Source: Candidatus Binatia bacterium (GTDB taxonomy: Bacteria > Desulfobacterota > Binatia > Bin18). From it: a stretch of DNA of 64,000 nucleotides. The notes under the pieces are model-generated. The model saw only the letters and a program-made list of their open reading frames with translations. It was not told the DNA's origin and ran no database searches. Positions 50,565 to 60,639 of the stretch are shown one piece after another. The stretch is from NCBI GenBank assembly GCA_963664395.2, contig OY761159.2:3616001-3680000 (forward strand). Reading direction: 5' to 3'. Position numbers and translations under genes: made by a program. How positions within the stretch are numbered: position 1 is the stretch's first letter; the number at the start of each line of letters is the position of its first letter.

Positions 50565-51464
50565 GTGACTATGCAGACCCGCGAAAAAGTCCGACGGCTG
50601 CCAACCCGCAAAAAAATGCGTCCGCCCCTGCGCAAGGGCGTGTACCTGCTGCCTAATCTTTTTACGACGGGCGGACTGTTTTGCGGCTTTTACGCCAGCG
50701 TTGCAACCTTGCAGGGGGATTTCCGGGTTGCGGCAACCGCGATCCTGATCGCGCTGATCTTTGATACCCTTGATGGCCGTATTGCCCGTATGACAAAAAC
50801 CTCCAGCCACTTTGGCGCAGAATACGACTCTCTGTCCGACCTCGTGGCTTTTGGTGTTGCCCCTGGTTTGTTGGCCTACCGCTGGGCATTGGAGCCGTGG
50901 GGCGCGTGGGGTTGGTTGGCGGCGGCATTATATGTTGTATGTGGTGCCCTTCGTCTGGCTCGCTTTAATGTACAAATTGGAGTGGTGGATAAGGAGAGTT
51001 TTGTTGGTCTGCCGATCCCGGCCGCGGCGACCGTCATCGCTACGACTATTTGGATGTATTATTACCTTGGTGGTGCAGGCGCGACGAGTAAGCACGTGAC
51101 CCTCCTCCTGCTGGTGTATGTTCTGGCCGGCCTGATGATCAGTACGATTCGTTATGCGAGCTTTAAAGATCTGAATCTACGCGACCGTCAACCGTTTGGT
51201 CTCCTGGTTGTGGGTATCATTCTTTTACAACTCACCATCGCCGAGCCACAGATCATGTTGTTCGCTATTACAGGGGTCTATGCCTTGTCCGGCCCGGTCG
51301 GCATGGTGTTTCGTCTGCGGAAGAATCATCGCTCAGAGGAAACCGCACCTGACGTTGCCCGTATCCAACCGCAACAGATACATGAACACTCCAGTCCGCA
51401 GTCACCTTCACTTGACCCTTCACTTGACCCTTCACTTGACAAGGAGAAAAAGGGTTCGGTATAA
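50565..51464 (+). CDS. pssA: CDP-diacylglycerol--serine O-phosphatidyltransferase
   Basis: LPNLFT, DTLDGRIAR...GAEYDSLSD, RLARFN. Confidence 0.93.
   Translation: MTMQTREKVRRLPTRKKMRPPLRKGVYLLPNLFTTGGLFCGFYASVATLQGDFRVAATAILIALIFDTLDGRIARMTKTSSHFGAEYDSLSDLVAFGVAPGLLAYRWALEPWGAWGWLAAALYVVCGALRLARFNVQIGVVDKESFVGLPIPAAATVIATTIWMYYYLGGAGATSKHVTLLLLVYVLAGLMISTIRYASFKDLNLRDRQPFGLLVVGIILLQLTIAEPQIMLFAITGVYALSGPVGMVFRLRKNHRSEETAPDVARIQPQQIHEHSSPQSPSLDPSLDPSLDKEKKGSV
51405..51440. repeat. 12-bp tandem repeat (CCTTCACTTGAC)x3
   Basis: Three exact copies encoding PSLD x3; last copy supplies TTGAC of the putative -35. Confidence 0.92.
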
Positions 51465-51465
51465 C
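51436..51465 (+). promoter_or_regulatory. Putative leu promoter
   Basis: TTGACA-N18-TATAAC. Confidence 0.55.
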
Positions 51466-51474
51466 AAGAGACAC

Positions 51475-51564
51475 ATGACCAACCTAACGACGCTTGAGAC
51501 TTTAGGTCTCCTACTTGACCTCCTGCTTAGCATCCCGCCTGAGGGAGCCGAGGGAGGTGTGTAG
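51475..51564 (+). CDS. Leucine attenuator leader peptide
   Basis: MTNLTTLETLGLLLDLLLSIPPEGAEGGV: 9 of 29 residues Leu, including CTA/TTA codons, directly before leuA. Confidence 0.75.
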   Translation: MTNLTTLETLGLLLDLLLSIPPEGAEGGV

Positions 51565-51584
51565 GTCACACCAGACTCTTGGAG

Positions 51585-51658
51585 GCCACGGGCGGAATAT
51601 CTGATCCGTGGCTTCTTGTTATAGAGGGCTGCGGGTATACCCGCAGCCCTTTTTCTTT
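51585..51658 (+). terminator. Two hairpins of the leu leader (attenuator)
   Basis: GCCACGG...CCGTGGC-TTCTTGTT and AGGGCTGCGGGTATACCCGCAGCCCT-TTTT. Confidence 0.75.
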
Positions 51659-51684
51659 ATCGGGACAGCACTGAGGAGGACGCT

Positions 51685-53238
51685 ATGGAACGCGAAGTTG
51701 TAAAGATTTTTGATACCACGTTGCGCGATGGCGAGCAGTCGCCTGGCGCGACTATGAACATTGAAGAAAAGGTCATGGTCGCCGGACAGCTCGAAAAGCT
51801 CAATGTGGATGTGATTGAGGCTGGCTTTGCCGCGTCGTCGGAGGGGGACTTTGAATCGGTCCGGCGCGTTGCCGCCCTCGTCTCAACTCCCATTGTCCTG
51901 AGTTTAGCGCGCACCAAGGAGGACGACATTCGGCGTGCCATTCAGGCAGTCGAGCCGGCCAAGAACCCTGGAGTGCATATTTTCATCGCGACCTCCGACA
52001 TCCATCTCAAACATAAACTCATGATGAGCCGGCAGGAGTGTATCGACGCCGCGGTCTGGGCGGTGGAATATGCGAAAAAACATCTCGACTATATCGAGTT
52101 TTCGGCTGAAGACGCCTCCCGCACGGATCGCGACTTTCTGGTCCAGATTTTCAGCGAAGTCATTCAGGCCGGCGCAGTGACCATTAATGTCCCAGATACC
52201 ACTGGCTATGCGATCCCCCGTCAGTTTGGTGCCCTGTTTCAGTATCTGCAGGAAAAGGTTCCCGGCGGAAGAGACGTCACGTGGAGTGCCCACTGTCATA
52301 ACGATTTAGGCCTGGCCGTCGCCAACTCCTTGGCCGCTATTGAAAACGGCGCCCGCCAGGTGGAGTGTACGATTAACGGCATAGGTGAACGCGCGGGTAA
52401 TACGTCCATGGAAGAAGTGGTCATGGCGCTCAGAACGCGAGAGGATGTGTTCGCCAATATCAAAACACATGTGGTGACTGAGCAGATTTACCCCTCCAGT
52501 CAACTCCTGTCCCAAATTACCGGCATTATTGTCCCCATCAATAAGCCGGTTGTCGGTGATAATGCCTTTGCCCACGAGGCGGGCATTCATCAGGACGGCG
52601 TGCTGAAATACAAGCTGACCTATGAGATCATGCAGCCTCAGACGATAGGCTTGGACAGCAACAGGCTTGTCTTAGGGAAACACTCGGGGCGTCACGCCTT
52701 TATTGAGCGGCTCAAATTCCTGGGCATTGATTATACGGGGACGGATATGAACAAGGCCTTCGTGCGCTTTAAGGCCTTGGCCGACAAGAAAAAGAACGTA
52801 TACGACGAAGACCTGATTGCGATTGTGATGGAAGAAACGGCCCGTATCCCTGAGAAGTACGAGCTCCTGTATATGAATGTGACTTCATCCAGCGTGGCGA
52901 TTCCGCATGCGACCGTCAAGATGAGAGTGAACGGAGAAGAGCTGATCGAAAACGCCTCTGGCGATGGTATGGTTGACGCCTGCTACAAGGCGATTGCCCA
53001 AATTGCCGAAATGGACGTGAAGTTGGAGCGCTACTCGGTAAAATCCATCACCGGTGGAACCGATGCCCAGGGCGAGGTCTCGTGTCTCCTGCGCAAAAAC
53101 GGAGCCTCCGTGAACGGCCAGGGCTCTCACACCGATATTATTATGGCCAGCGCCTTGGCCTTCACCAACGCGCTCAATAAATTTGCTCAGATAGACCGCT
53201 ATGGAGACCGGTCCGGCGCCCATCGCGAAGGGCCATAA
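51685..53238 (+). CDS. leuA: 2-isopropylmalate synthase
   Basis: FDTTLRDGEQSPG, HCHNDLG, GERAGN, regulatory domain. Confidence 0.97.
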   Translation: MEREVVKIFDTTLRDGEQSPGATMNIEEKVMVAGQLEKLNVDVIEAGFAASSEGDFESVRRVAALVSTPIVLSLARTKEDDIRRAIQAVEPAKNPGVHIFIATSDIHLKHKLMMSRQECIDAAVWAVEYAKKHLDYIEFSAEDASRTDRDFLVQIFSEVIQAGAVTINVPDTTGYAIPRQFGALFQYLQEKVPGGRDVTWSAHCHNDLGLAVANSLAAIENGARQVECTINGIGERAGNTSMEEVVMALRTREDVFANIKTHVVTEQIYPSSQLLSQITGIIVPINKPVVGDNAFAHEAGIHQDGVLKYKLTYEIMQPQTIGLDSNRLVLGKHSGRHAFIERLKFLGIDYTGTDMNKAFVRFKALADKKKNVYDEDLIAIVMEETARIPEKYELLYMNVTSSSVAIPHATVKMRVNGEELIENASGDGMVDACYKAIAQIAEMDVKLERYSVKSITGGTDAQGEVSCLLRKNGASVNGQGSHTDIIMASALAFTNALNKFAQIDRYGDRSGAHREGP

Positions 53239-53348
53239 GTCTCATCCGAGTGACGCCAGGCAGGTGAGCAAAGAGGGGTGGCCATACGGTCGTCCCGTGT
53301 GCTTGTGCTGCGGTTCGTGATGGACTTGACCGACGAAAAGGAGAAAGA

Positions 53349-54431
53349 ATGGCGCATAATATTGCAGTGTTTGGCGGTGACGGCATTGGTCCCGAAGTGA
53401 TGGCTGAGGCGACGGAAGTCCTCAAGATTGTCGGGCCGCGATTTGGCATTGACTTTTCTTTTGAGTCGGCTTTGGCTGGCGGCTGCTCTATTGATGAACA
53501 CGGCGTGGCCCTGACGGACTCGGCTCTGCGGGTAGCCAAAGAAAGCGAGGCGGTCCTGCTCGGTGCCGTCGGCGGGCCGAAATGGGACGACCCGCAAGCC
53601 ACGGTCCGACCCGAACAAGCCATTCTCGGGCTACGCAAAGAGCTTGGACTCTTCGCGAACTTACGGCCGGTCCAAGTCAACCGCCATCTGCTGCACGCCT
53701 CAACGTTGAAACCCGAGGTGTTGGAAGGTGTCGATCTCATGATCGTCCGAGAGCTTACCGGGGGCGTTTATTACGGCAAGCCGAGTGAGCGCCGCATGGG
53801 AGCCTCTGGCCGAGAAGCGGTGGACACTATTTTTTATACCGAAGGAGAAGTCGAACGCTTGATGCGAGCGTCGTTTGAACTCGCGCGCAAACGGCGCAAG
53901 AAGCTCACGTCGGTCGATAAGGCCAACATCATGGCGTCCTCACGCATGTGGCGCGAAGTTGCGCATGAGGTTGCGCAGGATTACCCCGATGTCGAGTACG
54001 AAGACGTGTTGGTCGATGCCATGTCGATGCATCTGATTCGACGCCCCGCTGACTTTGACGTCATTGCCGCAGAAAATATGTTTGGAGATATCTTAACGGA
54101 TGAAGCCTCAATGCTGGCCGGTTCTATGGGCCTGCTGCCGTCTGCGTCGCTTGGCGAGGGCAGCCGCGGTCTCTTTGAGCCCATTCATGGCACGGCACCG
54201 GATATCGCGGGTCAGGATAAGGCCAACCCGCTGGCCATGATTCTGTCCACTGCGCTCATGCTGCGCCTCTCTTTTGGCCAAGACGAGGCCGCCCTGGCGA
54301 TTGAAGATGCGGTTGATCAAGTGCTGGGCAGCGGCTACCGCACGCCGGATATTGCCCAGCCCGAATGCCGGGTGGTTGGCTGTCAGAAAATGGGCCGGCT
54401 TGTGCGAGAAAAGCTGGGCGGGGAAAGCTGA
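53349..54431 (+). CDS. leuB: 3-isopropylmalate dehydrogenase
   Basis: [32 protein letters not shown]. Confidence 0.97.
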   Translation: MAHNIAVFGGDGIGPEVMAEATEVLKIVGPRFGIDFSFESALAGGCSIDEHGVALTDSALRVAKESEAVLLGAVGGPKWDDPQATVRPEQAILGLRKELGLFANLRPVQVNRHLLHASTLKPEVLEGVDLMIVRELTGGVYYGKPSERRMGASGREAVDTIFYTEGEVERLMRASFELARKRRKKLTSVDKANIMASSRMWREVAHEVAQDYPDVEYEDVLVDAMSMHLIRRPADFDVIAAENMFGDILTDEASMLAGSMGLLPSASLGEGSRGLFEPIHGTAPDIAGQDKANPLAMILSTALMLRLSFGQDEAALAIEDAVDQVLGSGYRTPDIAQPECRVVGCQKMGRLVREKLGGES

Positions 54432-54441
54432 AAGAGGACGG

Positions 54442-55029
54442 CTATCCAGTGCCACGCTTGAGCAGGTCGTACCAATAAAACGCCACGACGACCAAGGCGT
54501 GGGTAATACGTTCTTGGCGAACGAGTTCGGGAAGCTCGCTCGCGTGGACTAAGAGTACTTCGGTTTCCTCGGTGGTGTCGAAGCTGGTCTCAAAGCGTTT
54601 TTCGACGTTGCGGGCCAAAAAACTGTGACAGCGATTGCCCTGAATGGCCGGATTGGGATGAATCGCTCCCAGCGGAATAATATCCTCCGAGTCATAGCCG
54701 GTCTCTTCTTGCATCTCCCGCCGGGCGGCGTGCAGCGCTGAGGGGTCTTCCCGGTCTACCATGCCGCCCGGAATTTCGAGCGTAAAGTCTTCCGTCCCGT
54801 GTCGATATTGCCGGATCAGCACAACCTGGTCGTCTGCCGTCACGGGGATGATATTGACCCAGTCGCCGCTGTCGAGCACGAAGAAGTCATGCTCTTTGTT
54901 TGTCCGGGGCGAACGGGAGCGGTTCTTTTGCAGCGAAAAGATGCGACACGAATAGACGGTTTCAGAGTCGAGCCGCTGCCAGGGCTTAATCTTGCCAGAG
55001 TGTATTTTATTTGAGGGCGAGTCGGACAT
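54442..55029 (-). CDS. NUDIX hydrolase (ADP-ribose pyrophosphatase-like)
   Basis: EIPGG...AARREMQEETG Nudix box. Confidence 0.9.
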   Translation of the reverse strand: MSDSPSNKIHSGKIKPWQRLDSETVYSCRIFSLQKNRSRSPRTNKEHDFFVLDSGDWVNIIPVTADDQVVLIRQYRHGTEDFTLEIPGGMVDREDPSALHAARREMQEETGYDSEDIIPLGAIHPNPAIQGNRCHSFLARNVEKRFETSFDTTEETEVLLVHASELPELVRQERITHALVVVAFYWYDLLKRGTG

Positions 55030-55038
55030 AACGCCACA

Positions 55039-55482
55039 CTAAAACAGCCGCCGGTATTCAATAGCCGGGCAGCGGTCCATGACCACGGTCAGCCCGGCCG
55101 CCTGCGCCCGCTGTGCCGCAACAGGGTCAATGACGCCTAATTGCAGCCACAGTATGGACGCGTCTAGGGCTATCGCCTCCTCAGCGATCAGGCCGACAAA
55201 CTGCGAGCGCCGGAACACGTCAACCATCTCTATGTGAGTCGGCACAGCGCGCAGGCTCGGAAAACATTGCTCGCCCAGCACCTCCCGGCAGTGAGGATTC
55301 ACCGGGATAATGGTATGGCCCCTGGCCTTGAGCAGGGCTGCGATTTGATGGCTGTCACGACTCGGGTCAGGCGAACAGCCGACAACGGCAATCGTCCGCG
55401 GGGTTGCCAGAATATCCCGGATCGTGGTGTCGTCCGGATTGGTAAAGCCGGCCCCTGATAACGGCTGCGACATGCTGGTCAC
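55039..55482 (-). CDS. CoA-binding protein (YccU-like)
   Basis: IAVVGCS, PVNP, VDVFR, WLQLG. Confidence 0.9.
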   Translation of the reverse strand: MTSMSQPLSGAGFTNPDDTTIRDILATPRTIAVVGCSPDPSRDSHQIAALLKARGHTIIPVNPHCREVLGEQCFPSLRAVPTHIEMVDVFRRSQFVGLIAEEAIALDASILWLQLGVIDPVAAQRAQAAGLTVVMDRCPAIEYRRLF

Positions 55483-55970
55483 GCGGCCCGCTGCAAGAGG
55501 TCGTCAAACGAATGTTCAAGGCAACGTTTGATTTCGACCATGCGTGCTCGAAAGGCCTCTTCGCCCTGCATGGCCGGGTCGTCAATATCTCCCTGCTCGC
55601 CAGCGAACTCCTTGAGCGTAAAGGCCGCTTTTCCGTCTGCCTCGGGATAGGCGTCGAGCATGGATTTCTGCTCGTTCGTCATCGTCAGGATGAGGTCGGC
55701 GTTGGCAATCAGCTCCCGATGCCGTTTGAGGTCGGTTGAAACAAACTCGTCTCGTTTAATCTGAATCCCGTGCTCCTGCAAGATGAAATAGGCGTCCAGG
55801 GAGGCGATCATGCCGTCTCTGGCGTAAATGGCTATGCCACCGGAGCGCACCTCAATATGCCGGACAGCGCGGTCCACCAACATCTTTTCCAAGAGGACGT
55901 GGGCCATCACGCTGCGGCTGGTATTCGCGTGACACACAATCAGAATATTATAGGCAGATGGCTGGCTCAC
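55479..55970 (-). CDS. Low-molecular-weight protein Tyr/Arg phosphatase family
   Basis: VCHANTSRS P-loop, DLILTM, IDDP. Confidence 0.85.
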   Translation of the reverse strand: MSQPSAYNILIVCHANTSRSVMAHVLLEKMLVDRAVRHIEVRSGGIAIYARDGMIASLDAYFILQEHGIQIKRDEFVSTDLKRHRELIANADLILTMTNEQKSMLDAYPEADGKAAFTLKEFAGEQGDIDDPAMQGEEAFRARMVEIKRCLEHSFDDLLQRAA

Positions 55971-56072
55971 AAAAATGTCCGGGTTCTGAACGTCCTAGGG
56001 TACAAAGAGAGACGGACCAGAAGGGCAGGGACGGCCCTCCTCTTCTGGTACCGACTGTCTGAGGTCAGCGAC

Positions 56073-57011
56073 TCAGTCCTGTTTGAGGGACTTGAAAATT
56101 GATCCCAGGTCTTCTTTGGCGGTGTTGCCCTTGGCCAGTTCGACCTTGAGCTGCTCACCGAGCTCGGCTGCGTCCCACCTGCCTTTTTTCTTGACGGTTC
56201 CGACGGAATGCCAGCCCTGCATCAGCCACACACACCCGCCACCAACCCGAAACACCTCGCCGTGGACATCTGCCGCATCTTCACTCGCCAGCCAGGCGAC
56301 CAACGGCGCAATATGGCCGGGATCAAAATAGTCATGCGCGCCTTCTTCTTCCGGCCCGGCCATCAAGCCGGCGGTTTGGGGCGTCGCGTCCACGGTCATC
56401 CGCGTGCGCGCCAGCGGGGCGATGGCATTGCCGGTGACCCCATATTTCTGCATCTCGCGGTCAACGATGATGGCCATGGTGGCCAGCGCCGCTTTTGCCG
56501 GACCGTAGTTGGGTTGGCCAGGGCTCCCAAGCAGACCGGCGTCCGAAGAGGTGTTAATCACGCGGCCATTCAAAAGATTGCCCTGTTTATGCTGCTCGCG
56601 CCAGTACTCACAGGCGTGGCGGGCACAGTTGAAAGACCCTTTCAGGTGGACGTTCAGGACCGCGTCCCACTCGTCTTCAGACATATTGAAGATCATTCGG
56701 TCACGCAGGATACCGGCGTTGTTGACGAGAATGTTGAGCTTGCCAAAGGAATCGAGCGCACATTCGACAATACGTTTGGCACCCGCGAAGTCGGTGACGC
56801 TCTCAAAATTCGCCACCGCTTCCCCACCCGCGGCCTTGATTTCATCGACCACCAGTTGGGCGGGGCTGTCATCCGAGCCGGTACCATCGAAACTACCACC
56901 AAGGTCGTTGACCACAACTTTGGCTCCATTTTTTGCGAGGAGCAGGGCTTCTTCGCGTCCAATTCCACGTCCGGCTCCTGTGACAACAGCAACTCTTCCA
57001 TCAAGCAGCAT
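56073..57011 (-). CDS. SDR oxidoreductase (MFE-2 hydroxyacyl-CoA dehydrogenase-like)
   Basis: TGAGRGIG, VNDLG, NNAGILRD, YGPAK. Confidence 0.92.
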   Translation of the reverse strand: MLLDGRVAVVTGAGRGIGREEALLLAKNGAKVVVNDLGGSFDGTGSDDSPAQLVVDEIKAAGGEAVANFESVTDFAGAKRIVECALDSFGKLNILVNNAGILRDRMIFNMSEDEWDAVLNVHLKGSFNCARHACEYWREQHKQGNLLNGRVINTSSDAGLLGSPGQPNYGPAKAALATMAIIVDREMQKYGVTGNAIAPLARTRMTVDATPQTAGLMAGPEEEGAHDYFDPGHIAPLVAWLASEDAADVHGEVFRVGGGCVWLMQGWHSVGTVKKKGRWDAAELGEQLKVELAKGNTAKEDLGSIFKSLKQD

Positions 57012-57121
57012 AGGTTCTTCTCCTTAGTCTGGCGGGCTCAATTTTTTCAGTAAACCAGAGCGTTTACGCCACTCTTGTCTGCCTGAGACGCCTGGCTTTG
57101 TCAAGGAGTTGATGAGTCCGA

Positions 57122-57162
57122 CAAAAGAAAAAAGCCCCGGAAGACTCCCATCCTCCAGGGCT
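57122..57162 (-). terminator. Intrinsic terminator after glnA
   Basis: AGCCC..GGA hairpin followed by a long T run on the minus strand. Confidence 0.6.
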
Positions 57163-57188
57163 GTGTGGACAACGCTGAATCTGCTGAC

Positions 57189-58601
57189 TTATGCGTCGTA
57201 ATACAGCGCGAATTCGTAGGGATGGGGCCGCAGGCGGAGTTCGTCAATTTCCTGTGTCCGTTTGTATTCGATCCACGTCTCTATCACATCTGGGGTAAAG
57301 ACATCGCCCTTCAATAAGAAATCGAAGTCTTTTTCTAATGCGTCCAACGCCTCCGGCAGTGAGCCTGGCACAGAGGGGACATTGGTGAGCTCTTCGGGTG
57401 TGAGAGCATAGATGTCTTTATCAAGCGGATCACCTGGGTTCAGTTTACGCTCAACACCGTCGAGACCAGCCATGAGCATGGCCGAAAAGGCGAGATAGCC
57501 ATTACTGGTTGCATCTGGGAAGCGGACCTCAATGCGCTTCGCCTTCGGGCTCATGGAATACATTGGAATACGAACCGCTGCGGAACGGTTGCGGGAAGAG
57601 TAGGCCAGATTGACCGGTGCTTCAAATCCCGGCACCAGGCGGCGATAGGAATTTGCCGTGGGAGCGGCAAAAGCACAAATGGCCGGAGCGTGGACCAAGA
57701 TGCCGGCAATATAGTGCATGGCAAGTTCGCTCATGCCGCCATACCCATCACCGGCGAAGAGCGGGTTGCCGTCCTTCCAAATCGACTGGTGGGTATGCAT
57801 ACCCGAGCCATTGTCGCCAAAGATTGGCTTGGGCATAAAAGTCGCGGTTTTCCCATGCCTTTTGGCCACGTTCTTCACAATATATTTGTACCATTGCAGC
57901 GCATCTGCCATTTGGACCAGGGGGAGGAATCGCAGGTCGATCTCCGCCTGGCCAGCGGTGGCCACCTCGTGGTGGTGCTTTTCAACCCGAATCCCAACCT
58001 GCTCCATGATCTGAACCATCTCAGTTCGGATGTCCTGATACGAGTCGAGTGGTGGCACAGGGAAGTAGCCTTCTTTGTGACGGGGCTTATAGCCAAGGTT
58101 CGGACTTTCTTCCCGACCGGAGTTCCAGACGCCTTCAACGGAATTGATGTGATAATAGCCTTCATACGCATTCTGGTCGAAGCGGACTTCGTCAAGAATG
58201 AAAAATTCCGGCTCAGGACCGAAATACGCGACTTCGCCGAACCCGCCGGACTGGACGTAGGCTTCAGCCTTCTTGGCGATGCAGCGTGGGTCGCGCGAGT
58301 AAGGCTCACGAGTGATCGGGTCCACAATATCGCCCAGTAAGCTCAGAGTTGGCTTTTCACAAAACGGATCCATGACTGCCGTGCTGGGGTCGGGTATGAC
58401 CAGCATGTCCGAGGCGTTAATCGGCTGCCAGCCACGAATCGAGGATCCGTCGAAGCCAGACCCGTCCTCGAAAAGGTCTGTGTCATATTCACTGATCGGT
58501 ATGGTGAAATGTTGCCAGGTGCCGATCAAGTCCATGAACTTTAAGTCGACTAACTCAGCGCCCTTTTCCTTTGCCAGAGCGATAGCTTCTTGTGGTGTCA
58601 T
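57189..58601 (-). CDS. glnA: Glutamine synthetase type I
   Basis: [28 protein letters not shown]; adenylylation-site Tyr (DIY). Confidence 0.97.
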   Translation of the reverse strand: MTPQEAIALAKEKGAELVDLKFMDLIGTWQHFTIPISEYDTDLFEDGSGFDGSSIRGWQPINASDMLVIPDPSTAVMDPFCEKPTLSLLGDIVDPITREPYSRDPRCIAKKAEAYVQSGGFGEVAYFGPEPEFFILDEVRFDQNAYEGYYHINSVEGVWNSGREESPNLGYKPRHKEGYFPVPPLDSYQDIRTEMVQIMEQVGIRVEKHHHEVATAGQAEIDLRFLPLVQMADALQWYKYIVKNVAKRHGKTATFMPKPIFGDNGSGMHTHQSIWKDGNPLFAGDGYGGMSELAMHYIAGILVHAPAICAFAAPTANSYRRLVPGFEAPVNLAYSSRNRSAAVRIPMYSMSPKAKRIEVRFPDATSNGYLAFSAMLMAGLDGVERKLNPGDPLDKDIYALTPEELTNVPSVPGSLPEALDALEKDFDFLLKGDVFTPDVIETWIEYKRTQEIDELRLRPHPYEFALYYDA

Positions 58602-58662
58602 AGTGACCCTTTCCTCCTTAACGCTAGCAATTACGTGCTGTACACTCGTGTCGCGGTACGCC

Positions 58663-59163
<501 letters not shown>

Positions 59164-59186
59164 TCATGTGTGGCGTATGCGCATGC

Positions 59187-59221
59187 TGCCTAGTTCCCAG
59201 GCAGAGCTCTTTTTTTAGGCA
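59187..59221. promoter_or_regulatory. Putative tandem NtrC-like enhancer sites
   Basis: TGCCT-N7-AGGCA palindrome and adjacent AGCTC-T7-AGGCA, both 17 bp. Confidence 0.5.
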
Positions 59222-59838
59222 GAAGGGGACGATTTTCCTACCCGAAACTTTTGCTCCTCACCTTTCAGCAAACGTCCAATGTTCTCGTGATGACGGGCAA
59301 TGATCAGCCCGGCGATAAGGATGCCAGCAAGAGGAATAGGCTGCGGATAGGCGAAAAAGAAGATGAGGCAGGGTGTGAGCGCTGCTGCAACGATGGACGC
59401 AAGCGAGACGATGCGTATGACCGCAAACACCAGGGCAAAGCCGAGCAGTGCAGTCAGGATGGCTGTTGGCGCAAGACCGAGAAAAACGCCCAGCCCGGTG
59501 GCAACCCCCTTTCCACCCACAAAGCGGAGAAAGACAGGAAAAAGGTGGCCCAGGGTTGCCATCACGGCGGTACTAGCCTGCACAACCTCGCTCAAACCCA
59601 GCCAGCGGACAATGAGAACGGGTAAAAGACCCTTGACTACATCGCCTATGAGGGTCAATATGCCGGCCTTTTTCCCTGCCGTGCGGGCCACATTCGTTGC
59701 CCCCACGTTGCCGCTCCCCGCCTCCTGGATAGCGACCCCCTGTCGCTTGGCGATGAGCGCGCCGGTTGGAATGGAGCCACACAGATAGGCCGCAACGCTG
59801 GAGAGGATCAGAACGCCCAGGTCGAGATCTGACAGCAT
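59215..59838 (-). CDS. plsY: Glycerol-3-phosphate acyltransferase
   Basis: GSIP, GSGNVGATN, GGKGVAT, RHHENI. Confidence 0.95.
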   Translation of the reverse strand: MLSDLDLGVLILSSVAAYLCGSIPTGALIAKRQGVAIQEAGSGNVGATNVARTAGKKAGILTLIGDVVKGLLPVLIVRWLGLSEVVQASTAVMATLGHLFPVFLRFVGGKGVATGLGVFLGLAPTAILTALLGFALVFAVIRIVSLASIVAAALTPCLIFFFAYPQPIPLAGILIAGLIIARHHENIGRLLKGEEQKFRVGKSSPSA

Positions 59839-59907
59839 GATGTCTGCGTCTTAACCCATCGGCATACCCGGCGGATGGGTACGGATTTCCGGAAAGTGAG
59901 AGAGTCA

Positions 59908-59984
59908 TGGTCGGGGTGACTGGATTTGAACCAGCGACCCCACGGTCCCGAACCGTGTGCTCTACCAGGCTGAGCCACACCCCG
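59908..59984 (-). tRNA. tRNA-Pro(CGG)
   Basis: CGGGGTG...CACCCCG-ACCA; anticodon arm CACGG-TTCGGGA-CCGTG. Confidence 0.96.
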
Positions 59985-60081
59985 ACACGTCGTACTACTC
60001 GCTTCCTACATAGCTTGGGCCGGGTTCCAGGGTCAAGTAGGGGAGTAGCGTCCGGCGTGGTGTTGGCCGCCGGCCCGGCTC

Positions 60082-60516
60082 CTATTCCAGGGGGCAGGAC
60101 CAGAACTCTCCGACCTGTTGAAAGCCGTTATCCCTCAAAAAGGCGGGGGTAAGCGGCGCTGTTGACTGGCCCGAACCCGGAAGCCAGACCAGGCTGGGAC
60201 AGGCCCGCTGCCGGGCGCGCTCCTTGGCAAAACCGAGTAAGGCTGGCCCGACCAGCGCCGGCGCAGCAGGTAAGAGCGCGATATCGACAACCGCCAGCCA
60301 ACCGTGGTGGCGCAGGCGACGGACGTAGCTGACGAGGACCATACCATGGAGCACGCCGTCATGCTGGGCCACATAGAAGTCGAGCGCTGGGTCCCGAGCG
60401 AGTCGCCGCCAGTGACGAACTTCTGCTTTACTCCACTCCTCGCCAGAAGCGTCGGGGAAGAGCAGCGCCTGGAACGCGGTGATGTCTGTTCGTCTTCCTC
60501 GACGGATGATGAGCAT
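60082..60516 (-). CDS. GNAT-like protein
   Basis: FYVAQHDG...VGPALL...ARQRAC...FLRDNGF; degenerate motif A. Confidence 0.6.
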   Translation of the reverse strand: MLIIRRGRRTDITAFQALLFPDASGEEWSKAEVRHWRRLARDPALDFYVAQHDGVLHGMVLVSYVRRLRHHGWLAVVDIALLPAAPALVGPALLGFAKERARQRACPSLVWLPGSGQSTAPLTPAFLRDNGFQQVGEFWSCPLE

Positions 60517-60639
60517 GGCTTGTCTCCTACCACACATTGACATAAGCCAGGAATACCGGGTGAGTCACTCGCCGCCCGCCAGGCGAGTGGTTGCCTGAAA
60601 AGAAAAGGCCCGGTTTGAAGGCTGAAGGTTGAGGGTTGT

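Noticed and set aside
59573-60152. ORFs spanning tRNA-Pro
   Set aside because: Spurious translations of the tRNA gene.
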